Assembly: GCA_043821645.1 (NCBI GenBank)
Contig: JBDRCO010000072.1
Location: 79,962-143,961, forward strand
Direction of reading: 5' to 3'
DNA from: Pseudomonadota bacterium
Lineage (GTDB): Bacteria; Myxococcota; JACRCW01; JAFGSX01
DNA length: 64,000 bases
Shown here: one piece after another, positions 55,849 to 64,000 of the stretch
How the letters are laid out: every line of letters begins with the position of its first letter
How positions within the stretch are numbered: the stretch's first letter is position 1
The notes under the pieces: generated by a model
Seen by the model: only the letters and a program-made list of their open reading frames with translations
The model's database searches: none
Told to the model about the DNA's origin: nothing
Program-made: the position numbers and the translations under genes

Positions 55849-56892
55849 ATGCAACGCAACAACATCCTGGTTCTGGCCCTGCTGCTGACCAGCGGCCTGG
55901 CCCTGCTGGTTGGCGTGTTCAGGCTCGCCTCGGCGCCAGCGCCGGCGGAACAGAGCGAGTCTGACGACGTCGAGGGTTTGGTTGGCGAGCTGTGGTCCGG
56001 AGGTAAAGACGCCCGCGACGGCGTGGGCGTGGTCGAGCTCAGCGGCGTGATCCAGTTCGGTAGCGAGGACATGGGTCCCTTCTCGACGGTGTCGCCCACC
56101 GACCTGGCCCTGCGCAAGCTGCGCGCCTTTGCCAAGGACAACAAGGTCAAGGCCGTGGTGCTGAGGGTCAATAGTCCGGGCGGCTCGCTGGCGGCGTCAC
56201 AGGAGATCGCGGACGAGGTCAAGCGCCTGGTCAACGATCTGAAGAAGCCCGTGGTGGTGTCCATGGGCGACGTGGCCGCCTCGGGCGGGTACTACGTGTC
56301 GGCGCCGGCGAGCAAGATCCTGGCGCAGCCCGGCACGCTCACCGGCAGCATCGGCGTCATCACCAGCGGTCTCAACCTGGCCGGCCTGATGGAGAAGCAC
56401 GGGGTCAAGGTCAACAGCATCACCAGCGGCCCCAACAAGGACACCCTGGCCTACTGGCGCGAGCCTCGCCCTGACGAGATCGCGCTGATGCAGAAGCTGG
56501 TCGACGACGCGTACGGTCAGTTCCTGGAACAGGTGGCCACGGGCCGGCACATCGATATTGAGGTGCTCCGACCAAACGCCGATGGCCGCGTTCTTCTCGG
56601 CAGCCAGGCTCTGGAACTCGGGCTGGTCGACGCCCTGGGTTCGTTTCGCGACGCCGTGCGCCTGGCCTGCGAGCTGTCGGGCCTGGACCCCGACGACCCG
56701 CACCTGATCCGCGACAGCGGCTCGTGGATGGATCGTGTGCGCCTCAACTTCGATTCCCGCCTGGGCTCGTGGCTCGGAGCTCGGGCTCCGGGTACGACGG
56801 GCGCCCAGCTTCTCGCCGCCTCGACCTTGCCCGTGGCCTACCTGTACCTGCCACCAGCCTCGTTGCGCCAGCTGGTCGAGGTGCTGCCGTGA
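55849..56892 (+). CDS. sppA: Signal peptide peptidase SppA (36K type)
   Basis: N-terminal TM anchor (ILVLALLLTSGLALLVGV); ClpP/crotonase-like core with KAVVLRVNSPGGS and GDVAASGGYYVSAPASKI catalytic Ser region. Confidence 0.7.
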   Translation: MQRNNILVLALLLTSGLALLVGVFRLASAPAPAEQSESDDVEGLVGELWSGGKDARDGVGVVELSGVIQFGSEDMGPFSTVSPTDLALRKLRAFAKDNKVKAVVLRVNSPGGSLAASQEIADEVKRLVNDLKKPVVVSMGDVAASGGYYVSAPASKILAQPGTLTGSIGVITSGLNLAGLMEKHGVKVNSITSGPNKDTLAYWREPRPDEIALMQKLVDDAYGQFLEQVATGRHIDIEVLRPNADGRVLLGSQALELGLVDALGSFRDAVRLACELSGLDPDDPHLIRDSGSWMDRVRLNFDSRLGSWLGARAPGTTGAQLLAASTLPVAYLYLPPASLRQLVEVLP

Positions 56893-57437
56893 GCCGCGCC
56901 CTCGAGCTGTGTCGACTTCTGGTGGTGGCGCCGGAAGAAGCCGCCCAGTCCGTGCTGCAACGACCCCTGGAGTCGTCCACAGTGGTCCTGCTGCTGTGGG
57001 GCGTGTTCGCCCAGGCCGTGTCCCAGGCCCTGAGTGCAGGCCATGCACCACTCGGTCTGGCAGCAAGCTTCCTTGCCGCCCTGATCGCGGCCAGCGTGGC
57101 CATCTTGCTCGGCGGAGCCCTGATCCACCTGAGCGCGGGCCTGCTCGGAGGCAATGGCAGCGCCGGAGACCTGGTGCGCGTGCTGGCCCTGGTCTACGCC
57201 CCCAACATTTTTCTGCCAGCATTTGCCCTGGCAGGCGACGGCGCGCTGTTTCTGGCGCGCGTACTGATCGGGCTGTGGCAGCTTTGGATCCTCGTCGTCG
57301 GCGTGCGCGAGGCGCACCGACTGAGCACCTCCACAGCAGCCAGCGCCGTGATCATTCCCGCGGTGTTCCTGCTGTTCGCCCTGCCCCTGGCGGGGATCAG
57401 CGTGCTGATGCTCGGCCTGCTGTCTGCGATGGGCTGA
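56889..57437 (+). CDS. Yip1-like multi-pass membrane protein
   Basis: Track ORF 56724..57437; GTG start at 56889 overlapping sppA stop; four to five hydrophobic helices. Confidence 0.4.
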   Translation: MSRALELCRLLVVAPEEAAQSVLQRPLESSTVVLLLWGVFAQAVSQALSAGHAPLGLAASFLAALIAASVAILLGGALIHLSAGLLGGNGSAGDLVRVLALVYAPNIFLPAFALAGDGALFLARVLIGLWQLWILVVGVREAHRLSTSTAASAVIIPAVFLLFALPLAGISVLMLGLLSAMG

Positions 57438-57446
57438 GCGCGTCGC

Positions 57447-58388
57447 TCACAACAGCGCGGTCGAGAAGTAGCGCTCGGCGCGGTCGGGCAGGATCGTGGC
57501 CACCCTGGACCTGGGTCCCAGCCGTTCGGCGACGATGCGCGCGGCAAACACATTGGCGCCGGCCGAGGTCCCGACCAGCAGGCCCTGGGCGCGCGCCAGC
57601 TTGCGCGTGGTGTACACCGCGTCATCGTCGGAGACGGTCACCACCTCGTCGATGATGCGCGGGTCGAGCACCTTGGGCACGAAGCCATCACCGATGCCCT
57701 GGATCTGGTGGATCACGTGCAGGCCGGGCTCGATGCCAAGCAGCGCCGAGAAGCCGTCGGGCTCCACCGCCACCAGCGTGACCTCGGGGTTCTTCTGCTT
57801 GAGGAAGCTGCCCACGCCCTGCAAGGTGCCACCCGAGCCCACTCCAGCGACAAAGGCGTCGACGCGGCCATCCATCTGCTGCCACAGCTCGGGTCCGGTG
57901 GTCTGGAAGTGGATCTCGGGGTTGTGTGGGTTGTCGAACTGACCCACACGCCAGACGTTCTTGTTGAGGGCCACCAGCTCCTCGAGCCGCCGCACGGAGC
58001 CTTCGATGCTCTGCTCGGTGGGCGTCAGGATCAGATCAGCGCCAAGGGCGCGGATCAGCTTCTTGCGTTCCTCGCTCATGGACTCGGGCATCACCACCAC
58101 CACCCGGTAGCCCTTGCAGCGCCCGACCATCGCAACACCTATGCCGGTGTTTCCCGAGGTGGCCTCGGCGATGATCATGCCCTTGCGCAGATCTCCCTTG
58201 GCCTCGGCCTGCTCGATCATGTGCTTGGCCACGCGGTCCTTGACCGAGCCCCCCGGATTGAGGAATTCGGCCTTGCCGAACACGGAGCCGGTGCGCTCGC
58301 CCGGCTCATCGATGTGGACCATCGGCGTGTTGCCGATGAGCTGTAAGACGCCCGTGGCCTGGCTCCGCACGTGCTCGATGACGTTCAT
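57447..58388 (-). CDS. cysK: Cysteine synthase (PLP-dependent, CysK/CysM family)
   Basis: Start MNVIEHVRSQ; PLP-lysine motif SVKDR, TSGNTGIG loop, GxGSGGT glycine loop. Confidence 0.8.
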   Translation of the reverse strand: MNVIEHVRSQATGVLQLIGNTPMVHIDEPGERTGSVFGKAEFLNPGGSVKDRVAKHMIEQAEAKGDLRKGMIIAEATSGNTGIGVAMVGRCKGYRVVVVMPESMSEERKKLIRALGADLILTPTEQSIEGSVRRLEELVALNKNVWRVGQFDNPHNPEIHFQTTGPELWQQMDGRVDAFVAGVGSGGTLQGVGSFLKQKNPEVTLVAVEPDGFSALLGIEPGLHVIHQIQGIGDGFVPKVLDPRIIDEVVTVSDDDAVYTTRKLARAQGLLVGTSAGANVFAARIVAERLGPRSRVATILPDRAERYFSTALL

Positions 58389-58494
58389 GCTGTACTCCCG
58401 CAGCGGGGGAAAAACCTGCCGCGCTTTCGCTGCGATGAGCCTATCGCGAGTTGAGCTGCCCGGAGAGTGAAGATTGCACACGCTGGGTCCCGAC

Positions 58495-60922
58495 TCAGCG
58501 TCGCCGACCCCGGATCAGCAGCACGGCGAGGACACACAGCAGCGCCAGGCCGCCGGACCGAGGAACAGCGCTGCATCCTCCCGCCACTGCCGTGCCCTCG
58601 TCGTCGACGGTCCCCGCGAGACCGGGGTCCATTTCCGGCTCCAGGGTCTCCACGTCGATGCCGCTTGCGGCGTCGTCCACCGAGGCCTCGGCGGCGTCGG
58701 GACTCGCCCCGCCATCTCCGCCGCCATCGAAGACGGGCGGCATTCCTGCGTCGGCCTCGCCGGTCGCATCCGCCGAGCCATTCGAATCCGTTCCGGCGCC
58801 GGTGTCCGCAGCGAGGTTGGCATCCACAAGACCGGCATCAGGTGCCACGCAGGTCCCCTCGTCGACCAGGCCATCCCCGTCGTCGTCCCGGCCATTGCAC
58901 CGCTCCACACCCCCGCCGCGGTCCCGCGAAGCGCAGCGTGCTGTAGTACTTGAGACTGCCCCAGCCCACCTCGTCCGTGAGTGCTGGGCCCATGATCGCG
59001 GCCGAGAACCCGCTGCCCGTGGAGCGGTAGCAGCGCACACCAGCCGAGCCGCGCGCGCACAGATCGGCCTTGCCGTCCCCGTCGAGGTCACCCAGGCGCA
59101 GACTGCTGTAGTAGGTGTGGAAGTTCCAACCCGAGGCGTCGCTGAGTGTGGGTCCGTCAACGCGCTCGCCGAAACTCGAGCCCAGCCACTTCCAGCAATA
59201 CACCCGCGCGTTGGCACGGGCGCACAGGTCCAGGTCGCCGTCACCGTCGATGTCTCCCAGGCGCAGGCTGGCGTAGTTGCCGTGATCACGCCAGCCCGAG
59301 CTGTCAGCCATGCCAGGTCCCGCGGTGGCAGGGACGAAACCTCTCCCCGTCGACAGGTGGCACTCGAAGCTGGCGCTGCCTCGACCACACAGGTCCGCCT
59401 TGCCGTCGTTGTCGATGTCGGCCAGGCGTATGGTGCTCCAGTAGGGCACCTGGGCCCAGCCGGAGGCATCACTCCAGGCCGGACCGTTGATCAGGGTCGG
59501 GAAGCCCACACCGTCGGACAGCCAGCACTGCATGCGGTTGTTGCTGCGTGCACAGACGTCCTCCTTGCCGTCGCCATCGACGTCGCCCATGCGGATGGTG
59601 CCGAAGTGATCCTCGGTGTTCCAGCCGTTGGCGTCTGATAGAGCCGGACCGCTGATGGCGGCGCCAAATCCACTGCCGGTCGAGGGATAGCAACGAAAAC
59701 CCGCGGCGGCCCGGGCGCAGAGGTCGTCCCTGCCGTCGCCATTGATGTCTGCAAGGCGCAGGGTCGAGAAGTACTGCGGCTTGCTCCAGCCCGACGCGTC
59801 AGACAGGGCCGGTCCGTCCTGGCGGGGCGCGAAGCCACTGCCCGTGGAGCGCCAGCACGAGAAGCCCGCATCGCGCCGTGCGCACACGTCGCCCAGGCCG
59901 TCGCCGTCCACGTCGCCAATGCGCAGGGTGGCGAAGTTGGTCTCGTCGTCAAAGCCCGAGGCGTTGGACAGATCGCCCAGCTGCCAGCGCGCACCGAAGC
60001 CACTGCCCGTCGAGGGGTAGCACAGCAAGCCACCCGAGGAGCGAGCACACAGGTCGGCCTGGCCGTCGCCGTCGAGGTCGGTGGAGCGTGCATCGTCCTG
60101 CTGGTGCGCCTGAAGGACCACCTCGTCGACGGACCAGTCGCAGGACCCGGGGTTGCCGCTACCGGTGGCGTGCACGGCCAGGTGATTGCCCACCACCCGC
60201 TCGCTTCCGTCCGACGGATGATTGACCACGCCGGAGCCACGGAGCCACATGGTGGTCGAGCCTCCGCCGTCGAGATTGATCGCGGTCCAGGCTCCCAGAC
60301 CCTTCATCAGGGTGCCGAGCTCGGCGCAGGTCATACCGATGCTCGCGCTGGTGCGCCCATCGACCACTGCCAGGAACAGGGTCTGTCTATCGCGGGAGAA
60401 ACCCGCGGCGGTGCGCGGGTGGCGCTGGGAGCAGTCGGAGCGGTTGAAGCTCGCCGGCACGCCACCGTCCTGCACGAGGATGGGTCGTCCTCCCACCGCC
60501 TGCTGGACCCAGGACGGCACGCTGCTCAGGGTGCTTAGGTTGACCAGCGCCGTGTCATCCCCGAACACCAGCTCCAGCGACCCACTGCGGTCCGGCTTCC
60601 ACACGTGGCCGTTGCCCACCGCGAGATCCGTCGGGAAGTAATCGGTGTAGCTGAAGAAATCGCCGTTGATCGCAGCCTCGGCGCCCACCAGATTGGCAAA
60701 GGATGAGGTGGTGCGACGGTGCTGGCTCTCGTCGGTGGCCTGCAGGCGGACCCCGCGGGCGCACAGGTCAATCTTGAGCGCGTGGATGCGCCAGGGATTG
60801 CTGGTGCTGCGCGTCAGATGGCGAATCCCGGGATGCGGTGTGGTCCAGGTGTCGGTGGCGCGGACAGGAACGACCAGCAGCAGCACAGGAAGGATCGCGA
60901 GAACACTGTTCCGGGGTTTCAT
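58495..60922 (-). pseudogene. Secreted phosphodiester-glycosidase-like / FG-GAP-repeat protein with MYXO-CTERM tag, reading frame broken at a C5 run
   Basis: ORF 58838..60958 (start MKPRNSVLAILPVLLLVVPVRA at 60922) carries NAGPA-like region and six DxDGDGxxDLCAR repeats, then turns to nonsense after ...STLRFAG; ORF 58495..59472 in another frame supplies ...ERCNGRDDDGDGLVDEGTC... and the tag GGCSAVPRSGGLALLCVLAVLLIRGRRR. Removing one base in the ccccc run near 58910-58914 joins them. Confidence 0.5.
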
Positions 60923-61027
60923 GTTCCAGATTTCAGCAGGCGCGAGCGCACCCGCCATCCGTCAAGCGGGGGAGGGTCGGACAGAGGGAGGAGGATGAGA
61001 CGGCCAGGTGCCGACCCCGGCTGATGG

Positions 61028-61708
61028 TCAGCGCTGCGGGGCGCGAACCCGCCGTTGCACCTCGTCCCGGGTGGCGCGGGCCACCATCATGGCCGTGGTG
61101 ATGGTGACCCCGGTCATGAACTCCGGCTCATCGCGGAACATGCTCCCGAGCCCCCATCCGAGCTGGGTGAGATCCGTGTACGTGGTGTAGAAGCACAGCG
61201 TCCGCGGTCCCGCCGCCACCAGCTCCCAGCGGCCACGGGTTCCTGGAAGCTCACCGTCAACCTGCCAGAAGCTCACCCGAGTCGGCGGATCCAGGCGGTG
61301 CGCCAGGGTGTAGTGAACCTCGATGGCGGGCAGGCGCCACACGCGCATGGCCACGGTCTGCTGCACGCGCACAGTGCCTGCGGGGCTGCCATCGAGCACC
61401 TTCGCCTCGGTGTTCTGAGGCATGAAGCTTGGGTAGTGCTCGAAGTCGGTGATGGTCTGCCACACACGATCTACGGGCGCGTCCACCAGCACACCGGCGG
61501 TCACCTCGCGCAGTGTGCCGTCGGCCTGGCGCGCGACCAGCACCAGCTCCCCCTGACGCAGGAGGTCCTGCACTGCGCTGGCCGGCAGAGCGGGCAGACC
61601 CTTGTCGACGGGGGACGAGGGCTGCGAACTCGCCGCGCCGAGGATCAGCAGACCGCACCCCAGCACCATGAACACGGCGTGCCGGGTGGCACCGGACCCG
61701 ACGCTCAT
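61028..61708 (-). CDS. Secreted SRPBCC-like (START/polyketide-cyclase fold) protein
   Basis: Signal peptide AVFMVLGCGLLILGAASS; VDAPVDRVWQTITDFEHYPSFMP is typical of the SRPBCC ligand-binding fold. Confidence 0.45.
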   Translation of the reverse strand: MSVGSGATRHAVFMVLGCGLLILGAASSQPSSPVDKGLPALPASAVQDLLRQGELVLVARQADGTLREVTAGVLVDAPVDRVWQTITDFEHYPSFMPQNTEAKVLDGSPAGTVRVQQTVAMRVWRLPAIEVHYTLAHRLDPPTRVSFWQVDGELPGTRGRWELVAAGPRTLCFYTTYTDLTQLGWGLGSMFRDEPEFMTGVTITTAMMVARATRDEVQRRVRAPQR

Positions 61709-63141
61709 GACGGCGCCGTCACGGCGTGCAGGCGTTCGCGCACCACATCGCGCAGCAGGCGCAGGCTGTCGTCGTCACCAGGCTCCAGCGCGTCGATGAC
61801 CGACACAAGACCATTCATCTCGGGTCGCGCATGACTGGCCAGGACGCCGAGCGCCGCACCGCGTACAGAGACGTCGCGGGCAGAGAGCAAGGCCGCCACT
61901 CGATCGGCATCGTCGACGGAGAGTTGCGACGAGGAACCGTGCAGACGATCCAGGACACCCAGGGCCGCTGTCACACGTTCGGGCTCACCGCTGCGAAGGT
62001 GAGCGCGTGCCAGGGGAAGCAGTGCATCGCGAAAAGGTCCGTCGAGGGGCAGCGGCGACAGCGGACCGGTCAGGGAGCGCAGCAGCGGCGCCTGGCACCG
62101 GGGCGTCGCCCGCGCGAGCCGGTCGATGAGTGCGTCGACCTGAGCGTCGGGCACGCCGGTGCGAGACAGCGCGCGAGCGGCCTCCTCGGCGACAAAGCTG
62201 TCCCTGTCGTCGAGCATGGGCAGCAGCGCCGCGACAGATTCTGTGAAGGCCAGGCAGCCCAGGGCCGCAGCCGTGCCCGCCCGCACGAAGCGATCGGGAT
62301 CGTGCGTGAGCTCGGTGAGATCGTCGACAATGTGCTGCTCGCTCCCGGTGAGACTGCTGGCCAGGGCGCGCAGGGCCATGGCGCGCAGGTCTGCGGCGGC
62401 AGGACCGTCCCCACCCGAGGCCGCGAGCAACAGCAGGGCGCCACTGGCCTCGGGCGCAGGCCGCTGCAACAACAGACGCACGGCGGTCGAGCGAACGGCG
62501 AGCACGGGATCACCCAGCGCTTCGATGAGCACGGTCTGACCACGAGGCCCTGCCTGCAACAGCTCCTGCTCGGCTCTGGCGCGCTGGCTGGCCACCGCGT
62601 GAGCAGCCTGGCGCAGGGCGTGCCGCAGGTCCGCATCATCGGCCCCCGAGACCAGCTCGGCGAAGCTCGACAGGTCCTCGGGCTCCACCTCGATGCTCGT
62701 CAGCGCCGCCGCCGGCATCGCCGCAGGTTGCGGGCTGGCGATGCCATCGAGTGCCCGCTGGGCCGCCGCACGCACGTCCAGGTCGTCATCGCGCGTCAGA
62801 TCGCGCAGGCGTTGGCGGTCTCCCTCGTCATGCCAGCTCGCATCCGCCAGGTCCGCCGCAGCTCCGAGCAGGATCGCACGCAGGTCGGCATGCGTCTCGG
62901 CTGTCGCGGCCTGCACCAGTGCCGGGCGAGCCTCGAGGTCCCGCAACGCCGCGAGCAGCAGGGCAGCCTGGGCCACCAGCAGGGGGCGTTCGCCGAGCTG
63001 CAGGGCGTTGCGCAACAGGGGCCTGGCAAGTTCGGCCTTCTCCTGCAGGGCCTGCTCCGCGGCCTGGCGTCGTTCTGGATGGGTCGCATCCAGATCGTTG
63101 ATCCAGCGCACGACCTCGTCGGTGGGATCGGGCTTGCTCAT
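61705..63141 (-). CDS. HEAT-repeat protein
   Basis: Track ORF 61705..63411; start MSKPDPTDEVVRWI (ATG 63141); repeated D..VR..AA.ALG helical pairs; stop overlaps downstream start. Confidence 0.5.
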   Translation of the reverse strand: MSKPDPTDEVVRWINDLDATHPERRQAAEQALQEKAELARPLLRNALQLGERPLLVAQAALLLAALRDLEARPALVQAATAETHADLRAILLGAAADLADASWHDEGDRQRLRDLTRDDDLDVRAAAQRALDGIASPQPAAMPAAALTSIEVEPEDLSSFAELVSGADDADLRHALRQAAHAVASQRARAEQELLQAGPRGQTVLIEALGDPVLAVRSTAVRLLLQRPAPEASGALLLLAASGGDGPAAADLRAMALRALASSLTGSEQHIVDDLTELTHDPDRFVRAGTAAALGCLAFTESVAALLPMLDDRDSFVAEEAARALSRTGVPDAQVDALIDRLARATPRCQAPLLRSLTGPLSPLPLDGPFRDALLPLARAHLRSGEPERVTAALGVLDRLHGSSSQLSVDDADRVAALLSARDVSVRGAALGVLASHARPEMNGLVSVIDALEPGDDDSLRLLRDVVRERLHAVTAPS

Positions 63142-63237
63142 GGCGGTCTGTGTAGCACGAAGCGCGCAGGGCTCCAATGCGACCTGCCAGTACGGGCGTG
63201 CGTGGTATATCTCGACCCGTCCTGCCAAGAGGTGCCC

Positions 63238-64000
63238 ATGCGCGTCATCACCTGGAACGTCAACGGCGTCCGAGCTGTCCTCGGCAAGGGGCTCAAGCCC
63301 TGGAGCATTGTCCCAAAATGCGACGTGGTGTGCATTCAGGAGACCAAGGCCCAACCCGACCAACTTGACGCGGACGTGGTGACACCACGCAACTGGCACG
63401 GCTTCTGGCACTCGGCCCAGAAGAAGGGCTACTCGGGTGTGGCCACCTTCTGCCGCGCTCAGCCAGACGAGGTGGTCGAGGGCCTGGGTGATCGCCGCTT
63501 CGACGACGAAGGCCGCGTGCTGGCCGTGCGCTTTGGTGAGCTGGTGGTGGTCAACGCCTACTTTCCGAATAGCCAGGACGAGGGCCGGCGGCTCGACTAC
63601 AAGCTGGCGTTCTGCGCCTCGGTCGAAGAATTATTACGCGTCTGGCAGAGCAAGGGCTGCGAGGTGTTGCTGGTCGGTGACTACAACATCGCGCACCAGC
63701 CCATGGACCTCGCCAGACCTAAGCAGAACGAGAAGAACGCGGGCTACCTTCCCGAGGAGCGCGCCTGGTTCAGCCATTACCTGTCCCTGGGCTATCGCGA
63801 CGTGTTTCGCGAGCGCTACCCCGAGCGGGAAGGTGCCTACACCTGGTGGAGCTACCGCGGTGGCGCGCGCGCGAAGAACGTGGGGTGGAGACTGGACTAC
63901 GGCACCACCACGCATGCTCTCGCGGATCGCGTGGCCGACATCATCATCCACCCCGACCTCGAGGGCAGCGATCACTGTCCGGTGCGCATCGAGCTGCGCT
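63238..64000 (+). CDS. xth: Exodeoxyribonuclease III (AP endonuclease), 3-prime partial at window edge
   Basis: My own translation from ATG 63238: MRVITWNVNGVRAV...CIQETKA...VNAYFPN...GDYNIAHQP...SDHCPV; not in the ORF track because no stop lies within the window. Confidence 0.75.
   Translation, partial: MRVITWNVNGVRAVLGKGLKPWSIVPKCDVVCIQETKAQPDQLDADVVTPRNWHGFWHSAQKKGYSGVATFCRAQPDEVVEGLGDRRFDDEGRVLAVRFGELVVVNAYFPNSQDEGRRLDYKLAFCASVEELLRVWQSKGCEVLLVGDYNIAHQPMDLARPKQNEKNAGYLPEERAWFSHYLSLGYRDVFRERYPEREGAYTWWSYRGGARAKNVGWRLDYGTTTHALADRVADIIIHPDLEGSDHCPVRIELR

Noticed and set aside
1-64000. CRISPR arrays, tRNA/rRNA genes, insertion sequences or phage genes
   Set aside because: No regularly spaced direct repeats, no tRNA-like segments in intergenic gaps, and no transposase, integrase or phage structural motifs in any reading frame.

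Overview
Very GC-rich (about 70%) 64 kb chromosomal window, dense with genes on both strands, most likely from a myxobacterium (Myxococcota): two proteins end in MYXO-CTERM-type sorting tags (Cys motif, hydrophobic helix, Arg cluster), and PEGA-like, FGE-sulfatase-like and Cys-rich lipoprotein genes are frequent. I could not run any search tools, so every call rests on reading the supplied translations and the sequence by eye; coordinates of starts are frame arithmetic from the ORF track and may be off by a few codons. I support about 50 coding regions and found no rRNA, tRNA, CRISPR array or recognisable mobile element. Many of the long ORFs in the track are antisense or out-of-frame shadows typical of high-GC DNA and were discarded. 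The most interesting locus (27.8-33.4 kb) holds three predicted c-di-GMP receptors: two adjacent MshEN (GspE N-terminal) domain genes, one of them a 1412-aa protein that is almost entirely an acidic Pro/Ala/Glu/Asp-rich low-complexity region, and a convergent single-domain PilZ gene. Second is a same-strand lipid-kinase/phosphatase module (50.8-55.7 kb) with a diacylglycerol-kinase-like gene, an App1-like phosphatase and a choline/ethanolamine-kinase-like gene. Other points: two genes with apparent reading-frame disruptions, an isolated nuoE-nuoF pair, an orphan ExbB/MotA-type channel, a six-gene translationally coupled signalling operon, and a TonB receptor/two-component operon ending in an NtrC-type activator next to a Cys/Gly-rich secreted protein.
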